A stretch of 64,000 nt of DNA, taken from the IMG/VR virus record IMGVR_UViG_3300025121_000011, positions 62,001 through 126,000 of that record; one strand, 5' to 3'. Below the pieces are notes generated by a model that saw nothing but the letters and a program-made list of their open reading frames with translations, had not been told where the DNA came from and ran no database searches. Of this stretch, positions 1-10,785 are shown one piece after another (within the stretch, counting starts at the first letter, position 1; each line of letters starts with the position of its first letter). The translations under genes and the position numbers were made by a program.

Positions 1-29
1 TTGATTATGTTTTTAGAGATAATATAAGA

Positions 30-2921
30 TTGGCAAAAGAAGTTTGGTCTGGATTTGGGAGCGCTACAGAAATGTATGCTGGAGAAGATCGCGTTTCATT
101 AATATCAGGCTCTAGGTTAATTCACGAAACAGCTAATGAAGAAGGAAAGTATACAAATTTTGGCGAAACTGCATCTGCGCAAGAATTTCAAACCGATAAA
201 TATAATATTGATAATGATCTAGTTGTAACAGAAATACCCGGCTCTGTTTTTACAGGTAATGTCAGAAAAGATTTGGATGCTAAGCGAATCGCGCTTTCAC
301 GTACTCTGTCTTCTGTACTCCGAATTATTTACACTTGGAATAGTGGTATCCCAAATGAAAATATGGCAGAAATTTTTACAATTAGAGAAAAAGAAAATGT
401 ACCTCTGGCTCCTATAGCTCTGGATGTTTTAACTAATATTCCCAAGGAACTAACAGAATTGCAACCTATATCAAATCTATTGATGTCTGAAGCTAGTGCT
501 TTAGAAGAAGCAATACGAGATAATGTAGAGTCTTTTGGTATTATAAGACCGCAAGAAGAGCCTTTAAACTTTGCTGTAAATATTTTAGTACGAGCTACTA
601 TGGAGGTTTTGACCTCTGGAAAATTTAGTGGAACTATTCATGAAGGAAATCTAGCTAAGATTCAGAAAATTGTTCGAAAAATTGCTCAAAATCTATTAGC
701 TGGTAATGAATCCGCTATTGGATTTTTGACTTCTTCAGCTAGATCTGCTCGTTCTAGAGTTAGAGATTCTTCTAAAGAACGAATGTTGCAGAAGTTATTT
801 TTACTTTCATTTGCATCTTATTTAGCGACTGAAGTAACAAATCTTGCAACAGACTATTTTAATACAGATAGTCCAATGTATATTGGATATGATATTGGAG
901 CAGATTTAACTGATTTTGATATTGTTTCTAATATTTCTGTTGATATTTTAGATAAAGTCTTATCAGCGGGAACGGCGGCATTGGGTTTGGAAGTTTATAA
1001 GAAGTTTGAAGGAATTGAACCAGAATATAATATAGATAGATTAGACCGCGCATATAATCGATTAATTTTGGTATTAGATCTTGCTAGTAAATTTTCTATG
1101 AATCCATATAATGTTGATAAAGCTAAAAAATATTTAACCAGAAGAATAGCTGAATTAAGTGGAAATGAAGCTAGTTGGGTTGCCGCAGAAATTGAAAAAT
1201 ATTTTCCAGTAGCCAACATGGTTTTAACTCATGATATTTTCTCTACAGATGAAGGGATGGCAAGATTAAGCAGAAATGTTCCCGTCACCGGTTTCTCAAG
1301 GCAAATTACAGATATGCCAGACACCAGATATCCAGGTGGAATAATAGTAAATCCAAGTATTAACTTTGATTCTTCTAAACTACAGATAGGAATGATTTCA
1401 GACCGACCACAAACAACAACCTTGTGGCCTCCAGAGCAGCAGGGTTTTGGCTCTAGTGCATTCGTAGGATTTAGACTTCCTGTGGTCTCACGTGGAATGG
1501 CTCAAAATATAACAGCATCAGCTATGGATTTAAAGATTCTTGACTTTTCAATGATGATTTCTATAGATGAAACACCAATAGATATATCATTTTTATTCCA
1601 AAGAGGATTTTCTGATAAAGATCGAGAAGCTCTCGACAGAATCGAGTCCTTAATATTAAAAGCCGAATCAGATCATAGTCGGGCGGTATCAATTCTTGGA
1701 CAGGAGTTATCTGGAGAGGAATATGATATTCAATTGGCAGAATTACAATTTGCATATAGAACTAGATTAGAATCTTTACGCGCAAGACGCAAAGAAATTC
1801 CGCTTAATTATGTAACGGGTTCTAATACATTTAGCGTGCAAAGCGCTTCTAGAAAAGATATTAATGATATAGCTTTTATACCTAAAAATGAATTTTTAGA
1901 AAAATATGCTAGATTGGTACAGGGAACCAAAGGTGTATATCATGGTTATCCTACTCATCGATTTATTAGAGTTGGATTCGTTATTAAGTCTGCATTACGT
2001 CAATATGAAATTTATGAAAAAGCATCAGAAGGATCTTTTGATAGTCAAGCTTCTATGGAAACTATTAGAAAGTTAATATTAGAATTAGATAATTATAAAT
2101 TAGAGGTAGTATCAACGCAACCATGTTTAGCTATAACTGATCCTATGAATGCTTTTAGACTTATCAACAGTCCGGCTTTAACAGGTAGAATATTGACTGA
2201 AGATGAAAAAGAAGCTTTAATCAATTTTATTATGCATGTTTATGGCGCCTGGAGGGCTAGAGATATTGCCGAAGAACTTATGGATAGAGAGGTTGATCCA
2301 GAGGAATTATTAACTCTTCGAAAACCCGATGGCACACCATGGGATGAAACTGAAATCAAAAAATTCAATTTAGCATTAAAAACTGAAGATGCAAGAGATA
2401 GCGCGGGATGGATGAATCATACTGGGCTTTATTATGATTTATATGATCCAGGATCAAAAGAAGATGCAGCACGAGCAAGTTATATACAATATATTTATGC
2501 TATTCATACTGAAAAAGGTTCTCAAACTATCCAACCACCAGTAAACGGTATTCCTACGCGAGTTCACCTTAGAGACGTTAAGTTTCAGGCAATACCTTAT
2601 GGATTAGATATAACGAAGAAAGAGAAGGGTGCTAAAAAAGATTCTGAAGATCGTTTAGATAAACAGGCTATTAAGATGTCTAATAGGGCTCGTGCTGCCA
2701 TGCTTAGATTTGTAAAAAATTCCACTCATAGCTCACCAGAGGTTGTTGGCCCTAAATCAGAAAATACTGAGGGAAGTCAAATTATTGATAAGATTTCCAA
2801 GAGGCGGAATATTGTGGCCAGTATCATTAGAACCGGCACCATACCAGAGTTGATGCCAGATCGGTTAATTGGAGAAGTCATGTTGGAAATGATGTATGAA
2901 GACATGGCTGATGTAAAATAA
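30..2921 (+). CDS. large hypothetical protein (963 aa)
   Basis: Long ORF with TTG start; no recognisable motif. Confidence 0.75.
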   Translation: MAKEVWSGFGSATEMYAGEDRVSLISGSRLIHETANEEGKYTNFGETASAQEFQTDKYNIDNDLVVTEIPGSVFTGNVRKDLDAKRIALSRTLSSVLRIIYTWNSGIPNENMAEIFTIREKENVPLAPIALDVLTNIPKELTELQPISNLLMSEASALEEAIRDNVESFGIIRPQEEPLNFAVNILVRATMEVLTSGKFSGTIHEGNLAKIQKIVRKIAQNLLAGNESAIGFLTSSARSARSRVRDSSKERMLQKLFLLSFASYLATEVTNLATDYFNTDSPMYIGYDIGADLTDFDIVSNISVDILDKVLSAGTAALGLEVYKKFEGIEPEYNIDRLDRAYNRLILVLDLASKFSMNPYNVDKAKKYLTRRIAELSGNEASWVAAEIEKYFPVANMVLTHDIFSTDEGMARLSRNVPVTGFSRQITDMPDTRYPGGIIVNPSINFDSSKLQIGMISDRPQTTTLWPPEQQGFGSSAFVGFRLPVVSRGMAQNITASAMDLKILDFSMMISIDETPIDISFLFQRGFSDKDREALDRIESLILKAESDHSRAVSILGQELSGEEYDIQLAELQFAYRTRLESLRARRKEIPLNYVTGSNTFSVQSASRKDINDIAFIPKNEFLEKYARLVQGTKGVYHGYPTHRFIRVGFVIKSALRQYEIYEKASEGSFDSQASMETIRKLILELDNYKLEVVSTQPCLAITDPMNAFRLINSPALTGRILTEDEKEALINFIMHVYGAWRARDIAEELMDREVDPEELLTLRKPDGTPWDETEIKKFNLALKTEDARDSAGWMNHTGLYYDLYDPGSKEDAARASYIQYIYAIHTEKGSQTIQPPVNGIPTRVHLRDVKFQAIPYGLDITKKEKGAKKDSEDRLDKQAIKMSNRARAAMLRFVKNSTHSSPEVVGPKSENTEGSQIIDKISKRRNIVASIIRTGTIPELMPDRLIGEVMLEMMYEDMADVK

Positions 2922-2939
2922 TTTATTAAAGGAGTTGTT

Positions 2940-3356
2940 ATGGCTGCTGAACATTTTAAAGTTAAGATCAATATGGGTGCGGATAAGAAAGAGGTAACGC
3001 CAGAGGCTATTAGAAATTTTGTTAAAGGTCTTGGTGAATGTCAAGAGAAAATTAAGGACGCCAGAGATGCGCTTAAGGCGGAGGTTGATGGCAGTGAAAT
3101 TATTGAAAATATAAAAGAACAAATTAAGGGACTCAAAGAGGATATTGTTAAAATTATTGATGAAAGTCCTGTGATTTCTAAGTATAAAGAAATCTTAGAA
3201 GATGCAGTAGAAGAAAAACATCAATTAATTAATGACGCAAAATCAGATGGAATCCCTCGTAAAGAAATAGACTTGGCAATTAAGGCATTACAAAAAGATA
3301 TAGACATGGCTATATCTATAGATATTTATTCTAATATTGCAGACCTGGTCGATTAA
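2940..3356 (+). CDS. GapR/T4 DsbA-like dsDNA-binding protein
   Basis: AGGAG SD; helical IRNFVKGL..EKIKD and LINDAKSDGIPRKEIDLAIK pattern resembles the GapR/DsbA family. Confidence 0.5.
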   Translation: MAAEHFKVKINMGADKKEVTPEAIRNFVKGLGECQEKIKDARDALKAEVDGSEIIENIKEQIKGLKEDIVKIIDESPVISKYKEILEDAVEEKHQLINDAKSDGIPRKEIDLAIKALQKDIDMAISIDIYSNIADLVD

Positions 3357-3357
3357 A

Positions 3358-3897
3358 ATGAGTTGGTGCCAAACCTATTCCGGACGAGGAGTTTATCCAT
3401 TAGAACCGGAATCAACAAATGATGATGATATTTTAATAGAAGATATTGCCCATTCATTATCACATATATGTAGGTTTAATGGACATTGTAAAACATTTTA
3501 TTCTGTAGCTCAACATTCGCTTCTTGTTGCAAATGAAATATATAAAGAAACTCAAGATATAATCTTAGCACAACAGGGCTTATTTCACGATGCTTCTGAG
3601 GCATATTTAGGAGATATTCCAAGTCCTATTAAAATGTTGTTGACAAATTATAAAGAAAATGAAGCCAAATGGATGAAAAAGATTTTTAATAAATTTGGCA
3701 TATCATATCCATTAAACAAAATTGTTAAAATAACTGATATGAGAATGTTGATGACAGAAGCTAGACAGCTAATGGTTTGGCCACCTTCAATTTCATGGAA
3801 TGCCAAATATGAGCCATATAATATCACAATAGATCCTCTTGATCCGGAAAAAGCGAAACGGCTATTTTTGGATTCTTATAAAGTTTTCATCAAATAG
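3358..3897 (+). CDS. HD-domain phosphohydrolase (YfbR/YfdR-like deoxynucleotidase)
   Basis: IEDIAHSLSHICRFNGH..YSVAQHS..LFHDASEAYLGDIPSPIK; ATG at 3358 preferred over TTG at 3337. Confidence 0.85.
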   Translation: MSWCQTYSGRGVYPLEPESTNDDDILIEDIAHSLSHICRFNGHCKTFYSVAQHSLLVANEIYKETQDIILAQQGLFHDASEAYLGDIPSPIKMLLTNYKENEAKWMKKIFNKFGISYPLNKIVKITDMRMLMTEARQLMVWPPSISWNAKYEPYNITIDPLDPEKAKRLFLDSYKVFIK

Positions 3898-3942
3898 AAA
3901 TATAATCTGGATAACAAACAACAGACTAAGGAATGGAAAATA

Positions 3943-4305
3943 ATGGATAATTTGGAAGTTTCAGATAAATCAAAATCTACAGACAGCAATGAAGAATATT
4001 TTATTTTTACTCATAAAATAAGCGGCAGTGGATCTCTTATGAAAAAAGTGAATAATATATTTTATAATTTCGGCTATGGTGGCGCAGCATCTCTGATGCG
4101 ACCGAGAGAGTGGAATGTGTATGGGTGGTGGTTCGAAGATGAGATAATTCATAAAAGCGATAACTTCACTTGTAAATTTCTATCTAAAATAGAGATCGCG
4201 GATGCTATGGCTGAGGTTATGGCCTTAGATCAGCGTAAATTCACACACCCATACGAATATAAAAAACTTATCGATCACATAATAGAATGGATAGACAGCC
4301 AGTGA
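3943..4305 (+). CDS. hypothetical protein
   Basis: ORF in operon orientation. Confidence 0.6.
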   Translation: MDNLEVSDKSKSTDSNEEYFIFTHKISGSGSLMKKVNNIFYNFGYGGAASLMRPREWNVYGWWFEDEIIHKSDNFTCKFLSKIEIADAMAEVMALDQRKFTHPYEYKKLIDHIIEWIDSQ

Positions 4306-4338
4306 AAGCAATCAATTTCCTTTCTTTGAGATTGTATA

Positions 4339-5106
4339 ATGTCTTATAAGAATGATTTAATTGGGTTGAAGTTTGGCCTTCTAATCGTCTTATCAATGGC
4401 TGGGAAAACAAAGCAAAATAAATTGAGATGGCTTTGCAAATGTACCTGTGGAAAGGAAAAAGTCATTGTTGGGGCAAGTCTTACTATGGGGATGACCAAA
4501 AGTTGCGGCTGTCTGAGAGCGACTATTGTATTACCTAAAGAAAACAAAGATTTAATTGGCAAGCGATTTGGAAAGATTTTGATTATTGGATTAGCGCAAA
4601 CTGAATTAGCTTCAAAGAGCACAGGTAAGAGGTCTAGAATAAAGTATAAGTGTGAGTGTGACTGTGGTAATATTAAGGATATAAGTATATATTCGTTAAC
4701 GTCGGGCGCTACAAATAGCTGTGGTTGCATACAAAGAGAATATGCTCAAAAATCCCGAAGGAAGTACCCAAAGGCAGAATCTACAGTCAGAAGAATTTTT
4801 TCAGGGTATAAAAGTAACGCTTCCAGTCGTGGGCTGAGCTTTGAAATTACTTTTAAGGAATTTCAAGACATTGGAACCCAATATTGTGTATATTGTGGCC
4901 AGCCTCCAACAGAAAGAAATACAAAACATATTAAAAGTGCATCCGCAATTTTATTCAACGGAATTGATAGAGTAGATAATAATATTGGATACACGGTAGA
5001 TAATTGCAGGCCATGCTGCTCATTATGCAACAGAATGAAGTCAGATATGTCACGACAAGATTTCCTTAAGCATATATCTAAGATAAACGATTATAAACCA
5101 ATTTAG
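4339..5106 (+). CDS. free-standing HNH-type (homing) endonuclease
   Basis: Two DLIG.KFG.L..CKC.CG..SCGC repeats plus C-terminal CVYCG..GIDRVDNNIGY..NCRPCCSLCNRMK. Confidence 0.8.
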   Translation: MSYKNDLIGLKFGLLIVLSMAGKTKQNKLRWLCKCTCGKEKVIVGASLTMGMTKSCGCLRATIVLPKENKDLIGKRFGKILIIGLAQTELASKSTGKRSRIKYKCECDCGNIKDISIYSLTSGATNSCGCIQREYAQKSRRKYPKAESTVRRIFSGYKSNASSRGLSFEITFKEFQDIGTQYCVYCGQPPTERNTKHIKSASAILFNGIDRVDNNIGYTVDNCRPCCSLCNRMKSDMSRQDFLKHISKINDYKPI

Positions 5107-5115
5107 GAAGTAGCA

Positions 5116-8100
5116 ATGTCAAAAATGTATTTAAATCAAAGCAACTATATTTCCTTGCACAATCACACACAGATCGGCTCCCCACTTGATTCGATTATTG
5201 ATGTGGATTTATTATTTAAGAAAGCAAAGGAATACGATATGCCGGCAGTAGCAATTACTGATCACGGAACAATGACGGCTCATTATGATGCCTGGAAAGC
5301 TAGCCAAAAAACAGGTGTTAAGCTGATTCCAGGAATTGAATCATATTTTGCGGATAGCTTAAGTGATAAGAAATCTTATCACATGGTCTTATTAGCGAAA
5401 AATGAAACTGGGTATAAGAATCTTTTGCATCTTAATTTTTTGAGCTATAAGAATCAACATTCAGGCTATATGGGTAAAAAGATTCCAAGAATCTCATGGG
5501 AACATATCGAAAAATATAATGAAGGAATCATATGCTTGACTGCCTGTTCAAGTGGTCTAATTGCACAGACATTAATCACACAAGGAGATACGGCGAAAGC
5601 GTTAAATCAAATTCACAGATTGAATCATATATTTAAAAATAGACTTAGACTTGAATTACAACCTCACAAATTATACTCTGTAAATAAAAATGGAGGTATA
5701 GTTAGCCAAGTCAATTTAAATGAAGAATTGCTTAAAATATCTCATGATCTTAAAATTCCTTATGTTATTACATCTGATTCGCATTATCTTAGCCCCGAGG
5801 AAGCACATATGCACGATTTAATGCTCGCCATTCGAGATAAAAAAGCATTTGACGATCCCAATAGATTTCGTTATGGTGTGCAGGATATGTATTTAAAAAC
5901 AAAAGAAGAGATTATATCTTTTTTCGGTGCTGATGTAGCTAATTTAGGAATTCAAAATTCTATTGATATTATGAATGCATGTGAAGAACCTTCTTATTTA
6001 AAGCCCCGAGGGCCTATGCTGCCAAAGTTTGATATGAGCGATCAAGAAGACTTTGAGATATTTAAAGATTGGAAACAAATTAACTGTCCAGCGGTAGAAG
6101 ATGATAAAGCATATTTGCGTTTTAAATGTATAGAGGGATTTAAAAATAAGTGTTCTGATTTCGATATTAAAACCCGTCGAGAATATTGGGAACGTGTTAA
6201 GTTAGAACTTGGAGTATTAGAAGAGAAAGATTTTTCATCTTATATGTTGATTGTTTCAGATTATATAAATTGGGCAAAGAAATCGATGCCTGTGGGTCCA
6301 GCACGAGGTTGTTTTATAGCCGGTAGTCAAGTTACATTATATAATGGTTCTAGAAAATCCATTGAAGATGTTTCTATTGGAGAGTTAGTACTATCTCATG
6401 ATGGCACTAGTCAATGTGTTATAAATACCATGATTTATCCAGTAGATGAAGAATTGATTGAACTTGAGTTTGAAAATGGAAAAGTCATTACTTGCACAAA
6501 AGAACATGAATTTTTTACTATCAATAGAGGTTGGGTAAGTGCTGATGAGTTGACAAAAAGCGATGATATTAATCATAGATTATGCAGAAAAAGATACGTT
6601 TGGTATTTTGGGCCGGTATATGATCTTACAGTTGAAAATACACACTCTTATCATGTAGAGGACTTGGCGGTTCATAATTCAGCGGCAGGTTCAATGGTTG
6701 CGTTTTTAACTGATATAACAAGTATAGATCCAATTAAGTATGGATTAATCTTTGAAAGATTTCATAATAATCAAAAGAAGAGTTTTCCAGATATTGATAC
6801 AGATTTTAGTCGTCCAGGTTTAGTAAAAGAATATATTAAAGAAAGATATGGTGAAGATAGAGTGGCTTCTATTTCGAATTGGAGTACACTATCTCCAAAG
6901 GTTATTATTAAAGATATTGCTAGAAGTTTGCGAATTGGTGGTGATAAATCATCTGCTTTCCAAATTTCTGGAAAAATTACAGATTGTATGGGTGATGAAA
7001 AAACTATTGCTAAAGAAAGAAGTGCTAATCCAATTTTTGATGCTTACATGCACGATCATTCTGATTTATGTTTATATGCAGAAAAACTTCAAAATCTTAC
7101 CAGAAATTGGTCGGTTCATGCCGCAGGTATGGTAATCGGAGCAGAGCCTCTATCTAAAATTATTCCACTTAGAATAGAAGACAGAGTGGACCACGGTGAA
7201 GCCTTGGTAGTTACTCAGTGGGAGAAAACTAGATGTGAGGATAATGGTTTGATCAAGATGGATTTATTGGGCTTAAAAACCTTAACAGTAATTGATGAGA
7301 CTTTTAAATTAATTAAAAAAACTGATAATTTAGACTTAACTGTTAAAGATATAGACTTAGATGACTTTAAAGTTTATGATATGATTGGAGAGGGTTCTAC
7401 ATCAGGAGTATTTCAATTAGAATCTTCTCTTACCCCTTTATGCATGAGATTAAAACCTCGCGACGTAGAGGATATATCAATTATTAATGCGGTAGGTAGA
7501 CCATCATGTCAACCAGCAGAAAGACGCAAATATATTGCGAGACGTTTAGGAGAACAGCAGGCTGAATATCTGCATGATAGTACCAAAAGGGCATTGCAAT
7601 CTACTTATGGAGTATTGGTTTATGAAGAGCAAGCCATGTTTTTGGCACAAGACTGTGCCGGCTGGGATCTCAATCAAGCTGATGCATTAAGAAAAATTAG
7701 CAAGTTAAAAGGAAAAGATCCTGATTTAGTTTTAAAGACTGAAACAGCTTTTATAGCCGATTGTATGAGTTATTCCAAAATGTCATATGATATAGCATCA
7801 CAAATCTGGGAACAATTTATTCTGCCTCTCGGAAATTATGCGTTTAATAAAAGTTTGTTATTTTCTACGCCGGTGCGTGTTATAAGAAATTCAGAGGAAA
7901 TGATTCTTCCGATACAAAAAGTTAGATCAGGTGATTTTGTTTATTCAAGAAATGAAGATAATCAAGAAGATTGTTTAATTAAAGTCAAAAACAATCATTA
8001 TCATAATAAATGTTTTGTATACAAAGTTACGCTAGATAGTGGGGAAGAGGTTGTATGCACACGGAATCACAAATTCAGAACAACAACGGGAGAGATGCTT

Positions 8101-9333
8101 CCACTGTGGTTGATTCAAGATCAGAATATGGAAATAGTTGTATCTGTGGAAAAACAGCCAAAAGTTAAAAAAATTATGGCTAAAATAACATCTGTAGAAT
8201 ACGTTGGAGAGCAAGATACTTATGATTTAGAAGTAGAGAACTCTGATCATCAATATTATTTGGCAAATGGTATTTTAACATCTAATTCTCATTCTATTTC
8301 ATATTCTCATATTTCTTTTTATACAGCTTGGTTGAGGTGTCATTATCCCACACAATTTATGTGCGCATTATTAAATTCTGAAGATCCAAATTCAGATAAA
8401 ACTCAAGAATATTTAACTGAATGTGTAAATATGGGTATTTCAGTTTTACCGCCATCTATTAATGCCAAGGGAGATTATACAGTAGTTAAAACTGGACAGA
8501 TTTTAACTGGATTGGGTGCAATGAAAGGAATAGGCGAATCTGCAATTGTAGAGATTCAAAGTTTTAGCCCGTATGATTCAATAGAAGCATTTTTCGCAAA
8601 GACAAGCGGGCGCACAGTTAATAAACGTGTACTGCAAGCTTTAGCTAAATCTGGTGCTTTTGATGAGTATAATATTCCAAGAAAAGTAATATTTGATGAG
8701 TATGCTAAATATAGAACTAAAGTAAATTTATTTATTAATAAATATAAAAAAACATGGATATTAAAAAATAAAAATTTGTTTTCGGTTGGAATAGAAGATG
8801 GTGATAAAATACAAAACGAAATTGATGAAGCTGCTGATAAATATATTGGACAAAATATAGATTCAATAATAAGTCAGATGCCTAAAATATATGACGGAAA
8901 TTGTACAGAGTGGACTAAAAAAGAATTACTGGTTAATGAGCAAGAAGTGCTTGGAAGAACAATTTCTGGTTCCCTACACGAAGTGTTTTCTGGATTTTTT
9001 AGAGGAGAGGGTTCTCTTGCTACAAAATTTGATAAGATTTTAAATCTTCGTCCGAAATCAAGAATAAGGGTGGAAGCCATTGTTAAGTCTAAAGTAAAAG
9101 AATTTAAAATTAAGAATGGTAAGAATATTGGTCAAAAATTTGCCAAATATATTATTGAGGATTCTGCTGGTTCAACTATAACTATGACCGTTTGGGCAGA
9201 TGATTATTCTGTTTTAAAAAGTGTATTAACAGATGGAACGCCTATTAAAGCAATTTGCTCTGTAAATGAATTTATGGATCAAAAAGATCTGGCCTTGGTT
9301 AGTTTAGAAAAAGCTTATGGTAAGGGAGTATAA
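5116..9333 (+). CDS. dnaE: DNA polymerase III alpha subunit with two inteins
   Basis: PHP domain (HNHT, AITDHG), GPARG|SAAGS, PDIDTD, HAAG, KMDLLGL, FNK|SHS, C-terminal OB fold. Confidence 0.97.
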   Translation: MSKMYLNQSNYISLHNHTQIGSPLDSIIDVDLLFKKAKEYDMPAVAITDHGTMTAHYDAWKASQKTGVKLIPGIESYFADSLSDKKSYHMVLLAKNETGYKNLLHLNFLSYKNQHSGYMGKKIPRISWEHIEKYNEGIICLTACSSGLIAQTLITQGDTAKALNQIHRLNHIFKNRLRLELQPHKLYSVNKNGGIVSQVNLNEELLKISHDLKIPYVITSDSHYLSPEEAHMHDLMLAIRDKKAFDDPNRFRYGVQDMYLKTKEEIISFFGADVANLGIQNSIDIMNACEEPSYLKPRGPMLPKFDMSDQEDFEIFKDWKQINCPAVEDDKAYLRFKCIEGFKNKCSDFDIKTRREYWERVKLELGVLEEKDFSSYMLIVSDYINWAKKSMPVGPARGCFIAGSQVTLYNGSRKSIEDVSIGELVLSHDGTSQCVINTMIYPVDEELIELEFENGKVITCTKEHEFFTINRGWVSADELTKSDDINHRLCRKRYVWYFGPVYDLTVENTHSYHVEDLAVHNSAAGSMVAFLTDITSIDPIKYGLIFERFHNNQKKSFPDIDTDFSRPGLVKEYIKERYGEDRVASISNWSTLSPKVIIKDIARSLRIGGDKSSAFQISGKITDCMGDEKTIAKERSANPIFDAYMHDHSDLCLYAEKLQNLTRNWSVHAAGMVIGAEPLSKIIPLRIEDRVDHGEALVVTQWEKTRCEDNGLIKMDLLGLKTLTVIDETFKLIKKTDNLDLTVKDIDLDDFKVYDMIGEGSTSGVFQLESSLTPLCMRLKPRDVEDISIINAVGRPSCQPAERRKYIARRLGEQQAEYLHDSTKRALQSTYGVLVYEEQAMFLAQDCAGWDLNQADALRKISKLKGKDPDLVLKTETAFIADCMSYSKMSYDIASQIWEQFILPLGNYAFNKSLLFSTPVRVIRNSEEMILPIQKVRSGDFVYSRNEDNQEDCLIKVKNNHYHNKCFVYKVTLDSGEEVVCTRNHKFRTTTGEMLPLWLIQDQNMEIVVSVEKQPKVKKIMAKITSVEYVGEQDTYDLEVENSDHQYYLANGILTSNSHSISYSHISFYTAWLRCHYPTQFMCALLNSEDPNSDKTQEYLTECVNMGISVLPPSINAKGDYTVVKTGQILTGLGAMKGIGESAIVEIQSFSPYDSIEAFFAKTSGRTVNKRVLQALAKSGAFDEYNIPRKVIFDEYAKYRTKVNLFINKYKKTWILKNKNLFSVGIEDGDKIQNEIDEAADKYIGQNIDSIISQMPKIYDGNCTEWTKKELLVNEQEVLGRTISGSLHEVFSGFFRGEGSLATKFDKILNLRPKSRIRVEAIVKSKVKEFKIKNGKNIGQKFAKYIIEDSAGSTITMTVWADDYSVLKSVLTDGTPIKAICSVNEFMDQKDLALVSLEKAYGKGV
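6310..6678 (+). mobile_element. mini-intein 1 in DnaE (123 aa)
   Basis: CFIAGSQV...CTKEHEF...YDLTVE...VHN|S; excision restores GPARGSAAGS. Confidence 0.93.
7852..8286 (+). mobile_element. mini-intein 2 in DnaE (145 aa, Ser1, ends TSN)
   Basis: SLLFSTPV...CTRNHKF...TYDLEV...NGILTSN|S; excision restores YAFNKSHS. Confidence 0.9.
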
Positions 9334-9389
9334 TATAAAGTTTAGATGTTATAAACATTATTTATATATTATTAATAAGGAGAAGTAAA

Positions 9390-9902
9390 ATGAAATGTGA
9401 GAAATGTAAGTTTATAGTTCCTACAAATATGCGATTTTGTTTAATGAAAAATATTTGCCCATCATGTGGAGGTAGTTTGTTTTCTAGAGATGATATGAAT
9501 CACATTTCTTTAATGCGAAATAGAATTGGAGGAGAATCTTTTGCTAAAAACTTTGATGAGATTCAGATTTTTGATTTAGCATTATTTATTTATAATGAAA
9601 TTAATTCTGGTTATGGGCGAACAATTTTAGATTCAGAATTAAAGAAATTTAGAGAGCTTACCAGTGCAACATCTGATGTTGCAGTAGAATCTATATTGGG
9701 AATGGATGAAGTTAAGGCCAGCGACATAAGAAAAGAAGTTGAAGCAGAGATAAATGATAAGATTATAGAAAGTTTATCATCGCACAACGAAACGATATAT
9801 GAAGAGGATGATGAAGAAGATGACCGAGTTTCTCGGCTTAAAGCGCAAGCTAAAGATATTAATAAGCATATTTCCGGCACATCAGTTAGACGAGTTGGTT
9901 AA
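9390..9902 (+). CDS. zinc-ribbon protein with acidic tail
   Basis: CEKC..CPSCG at the N-terminus; AGGAG SD. Confidence 0.65.
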   Translation: MKCEKCKFIVPTNMRFCLMKNICPSCGGSLFSRDDMNHISLMRNRIGGESFAKNFDEIQIFDLALFIYNEINSGYGRTILDSELKKFRELTSATSDVAVESILGMDEVKASDIRKEVEAEINDKIIESLSSHNETIYEEDDEEDDRVSRLKAQAKDINKHISGTSVRRVG

Positions 9903-10201
9903 TGATTAAAATAATTGCAAATCGAGATATAGAATTAAGTAATGAAGAATGGGAGTATTATCTTAAATTGGAAGAGGCTTTTGGTAAAAATGCTTTAATG
10001 GATATGTTCGAAACAAATAAGCAGGGTCATATATTAATGGTAAAGCCTCCAATTAAAAACCCTACTGCACTGATTTTAATCTTCTTTCTTCTTAATGTGC
10101 AATTCAATCAAAAACTTAGAAGTTTAACAGATGGTCTTATAAACATTCGCGATTTAGAAGCAAGAGTAGAAAAAATAGAAAAGAAGTTGAAGGAGTTATA
10201 A
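9902..10201 (+). CDS. hypothetical protein
   Basis: Translationally coupled ORF (TAATG junctions). Confidence 0.65.
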   Translation: MIKIIANRDIELSNEEWEYYLKLEEAFGKNALMDMFETNKQGHILMVKPPIKNPTALILIFFLLNVQFNQKLRSLTDGLINIRDLEARVEKIEKKLKEL

Positions 10202-10785
10202 TGTCAACTTTTGGTCAAAAAATTGATATTTCTGATTTTACAATAGAAAACATTAATACATCTGAAATTGACAGAGTAATCGCTTGGCTTCCAACCAATG
10301 GAGTGATAGATTTAAACTTAGCAGAACAAGGTCTTATTCATACCTTGAGTGCATTAAATTTTTGTCAAGATAAGGTTTTGATAGTTGATCGTTGGATAGG
10401 TTATTTGGAATCAGAAAGAAATAGAGCATGGTCGCATGCAGCTTTAGATAAATCAAAAGAGGAGGGACACAAGACCATTAAGCTGAAAGAGTGGTACGCA
10501 CAGGCAGATGATGCATATATAGAGGCATGCAATAAGCTTGTATTGGCAAAAGCATGCAAGAGATGGTTTGAGAATAAAGCAAGTTATTTTTCAGCATGGC
10601 ATTATTCATTTAAAACATTCTTAAGGCGAGATTATGAGATTGAGAAACTTAGTAATATTGGGTATAATGTAGATGTAGGTACTCCCCGGCCTACATCTAG
10701 ACCATCTTCTCACAATAGTGATTTTGGTGGTGAATATGACTGGGAATCTGAAGACTCAGAGGAATCTAATGATTCAGATGAATAA
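10201..10785 (+). CDS. UvsY-like recombination mediator (putative)
   Basis: Helical KEWYAQADDAY..KRWFENK..YSFK pattern; lies next to ssb and near recA. Confidence 0.45.
   Translation: MSTFGQKIDISDFTIENINTSEIDRVIAWLPTNGVIDLNLAEQGLIHTLSALNFCQDKVLIVDRWIGYLESERNRAWSHAALDKSKEEGHKTIKLKEWYAQADDAYIEACNKLVLAKACKRWFENKASYFSAWHYSFKTFLRRDYEIEKLSNIGYNVDVGTPRPTSRPSSHNSDFGGEYDWESEDSEESNDSDE

Noticed and set aside
3358-3897. Definite DatZ / Z-genome call
   Set aside because: The sequence fits the widespread YfdR-like HD family, and no purZ or family A DpoZ polymerase is seen; kept only as a hypothesis
9370-9377. TATTAATA upstream of ORF 9390 as a late promoter
   Set aside because: It abuts the SD, only 20 nt from the ATG, unlike the 31-42 nt spacing elsewhere; probably a chance AT-rich match
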